A stretch of DNA of 64,000 bases from Hemiscyllium ocellatum (Eukaryota). Position numbers and translations under genes: made by a program. The stretch spans positions 1,891,438-1,955,437 of the forward strand of contig NC_083427.1 in NCBI RefSeq assembly GCF_020745735.1. Reading direction: 5' to 3'. Below, piece by piece: positions 62,769-64,000 of this stretch (positions are counted from its first letter, which is position 1; every line of letters starts with the position of its first letter). Below the pieces are notes generated by a model that did no database searches, was not told the origin of the DNA, and worked only from the letters and a program-made list of their open reading frames with translations.

Positions 62769-63649
62769 CAAGAAATATTTTTACAACGATCATTTTGTTA
62801 TGTTGCAGTGATGGTTAAGATCTGAAAAAACAATGGTGGAATTTGTTGTGACTGTTCAGTCAAGAAATAGTGAATGTGTTTCACACTATTGGCAGTGTAT
62901 GAATTTGTATATCATGAATAATCTCGAATTTCTATCACCTCTGCCTTTGTGCTTTCAGGAATTGCATCATTAGACTATGTGGTGATTGCTGCGTGGAACA
63001 ACAAAGGCAAAAGTGTGAGATTTCCAAGAAATTATTTGTTCTGCAAAACAATAGCGTCATGTAGATTTTGTGCTCGTGCATTTAGATTCAAACCATGTTT
63101 TGTAAAAATAGAGGAATATATTTCATCCTCTTGCTTATGGGTCTGAGCCATGTTTTGTGAAGACAGAGATGTAGAATGGGACAACAATGATTTATTAACC
63201 GGCATGTCAATACATGCAATGCAACATTGGAATTTGATATAGCTTGCTCGTCTGTGTAGGAGAGGAATTTATGGTGCAAAGTTAACAACAGTAGGTCACT
63301 AAATATGCAATATTCAAGGCAGATGCATAGAAAAAATATTTATGTCATTTATTAAAGTAAGGAAAAAAAAACATTTGGCTATGATGCTTTTCTCTCTCCC
63401 ATGTCACTCTGCAGCCGATCCGATTGATGCACAATATCCAGACAGACATGTATCAAGTGTAAACCAACTCCATGACAACCCAGTCTTCCGAATGGACTCC
63501 GTAATTCAGAAATTTATGTCACAGTGCTCTTTTCTGTTCACATCCCTGTATCTTTCTTGACTAAATAACAACGTTTCCTTTCATTAGCCTCTGTCAACAA
63601 AAACTCACACAAACGTGCAGAGTTCCTCCTCTCTAGTATCGCCAGACAT

Positions 63650-64000
63650 AACCCTGCTCCTGCCCCACTGAACTCATCTCTGCATACCTCGACACAGTCC
63701 TGTCCCCCTTCGTCCAAGAACTCCCCACCGACGTTCGGGACACCAGCAACGCCCACTACCTTCTCCATGATTTTCGTTTCCCCGTCCCCAATGCTTTATC
63801 TTCACCATGGACATCCAGTCCCTGCACCCCTCCATCCCCCATCACGAAGGACTCAAAGCCCTCTGCTTCTTCCTTTCCCAAAGTACCAACCAGTACCTTT
63901 CCACTGACACCTCCTCCGACTGACTGAACTGTCCTCACTCTGAACAACTTCGCTTCCCAATCCTCCCATTTCCTCCAAACCAAAGGAGTAGCCATGGGGA
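63650..64000 (+). mobile_element. Penelope-like element RT fragment (runs off window end)
   Basis: PTELISAYLDTVLSPFVQELPTDVRDT...FIFTMDIQSLHPSIPHHEGLKAL...(frameshift)...HFLQTKGVAMG, typical PLE RT motifs. Confidence 0.8.

Noticed and set aside
62959-63146. Strong acceptor (…ctttgtgctttcAG) followed by an open frame GIASLDYVVIAAWNNKGK…
   Set aside because: No recognisable product, only a weak donor, and no supporting neighbouring exons.
1-64000. Prokaryotic-type systems (CRISPR arrays, operons, rRNA or true tRNA genes)
   Set aside because: The sequence is vertebrate genomic DNA. No spacer-repeat arrays were seen, and the tRNA-like A/B boxes belong to SINE heads.

Overview
This is eukaryotic, AT-rich, repeat-dense genomic DNA from a cartilaginous fish, most likely a shark (inferred from the Ig exon and the elasmobranch SINE/CR1/Penelope repeats). 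The only host coding sequence I can support is at the very start (1-314, +): the 3' part of the last constant exon of an immunoglobulin heavy chain with an intact secretory tailpiece. It matches IgNAR C5 as I recall it. It carries the internal G|GTAAA donor used for membrane isoforms and is followed by a poly(A) signal at 636. The other ~63 kb is non-coding and holds degraded CR1 and L2-like LINEs, HE1-type tRNA-derived SINEs, Penelope-like elements with minimal hammerhead ribozyme motifs, a deleted Gypsy LTR element and microsatellites. Almost all ORFs in the supplied track are transposon remnants or chance. The main unexplained structure is a ~14.4-kb head-to-tail duplication (~15.67-29.98 kb and ~30.03-44.51 kb), 86-92% identical in two hand-aligned 120-bp samples. 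It contains four 97-158 bp islands that are 98-100% identical between copies and carry E-box, Ets/PU.1, IRF-Ets composite, RUNX and octamer-like motifs. My best candidate for an undescribed system is a duplicated 3' enhancer region of a shark IgNAR locus; this is inference only. I found no transmembrane exon, V/D/J segment or valid RSS by eye. All alignments were manual and TE boundaries are approximate (about +/-50-100 bp).
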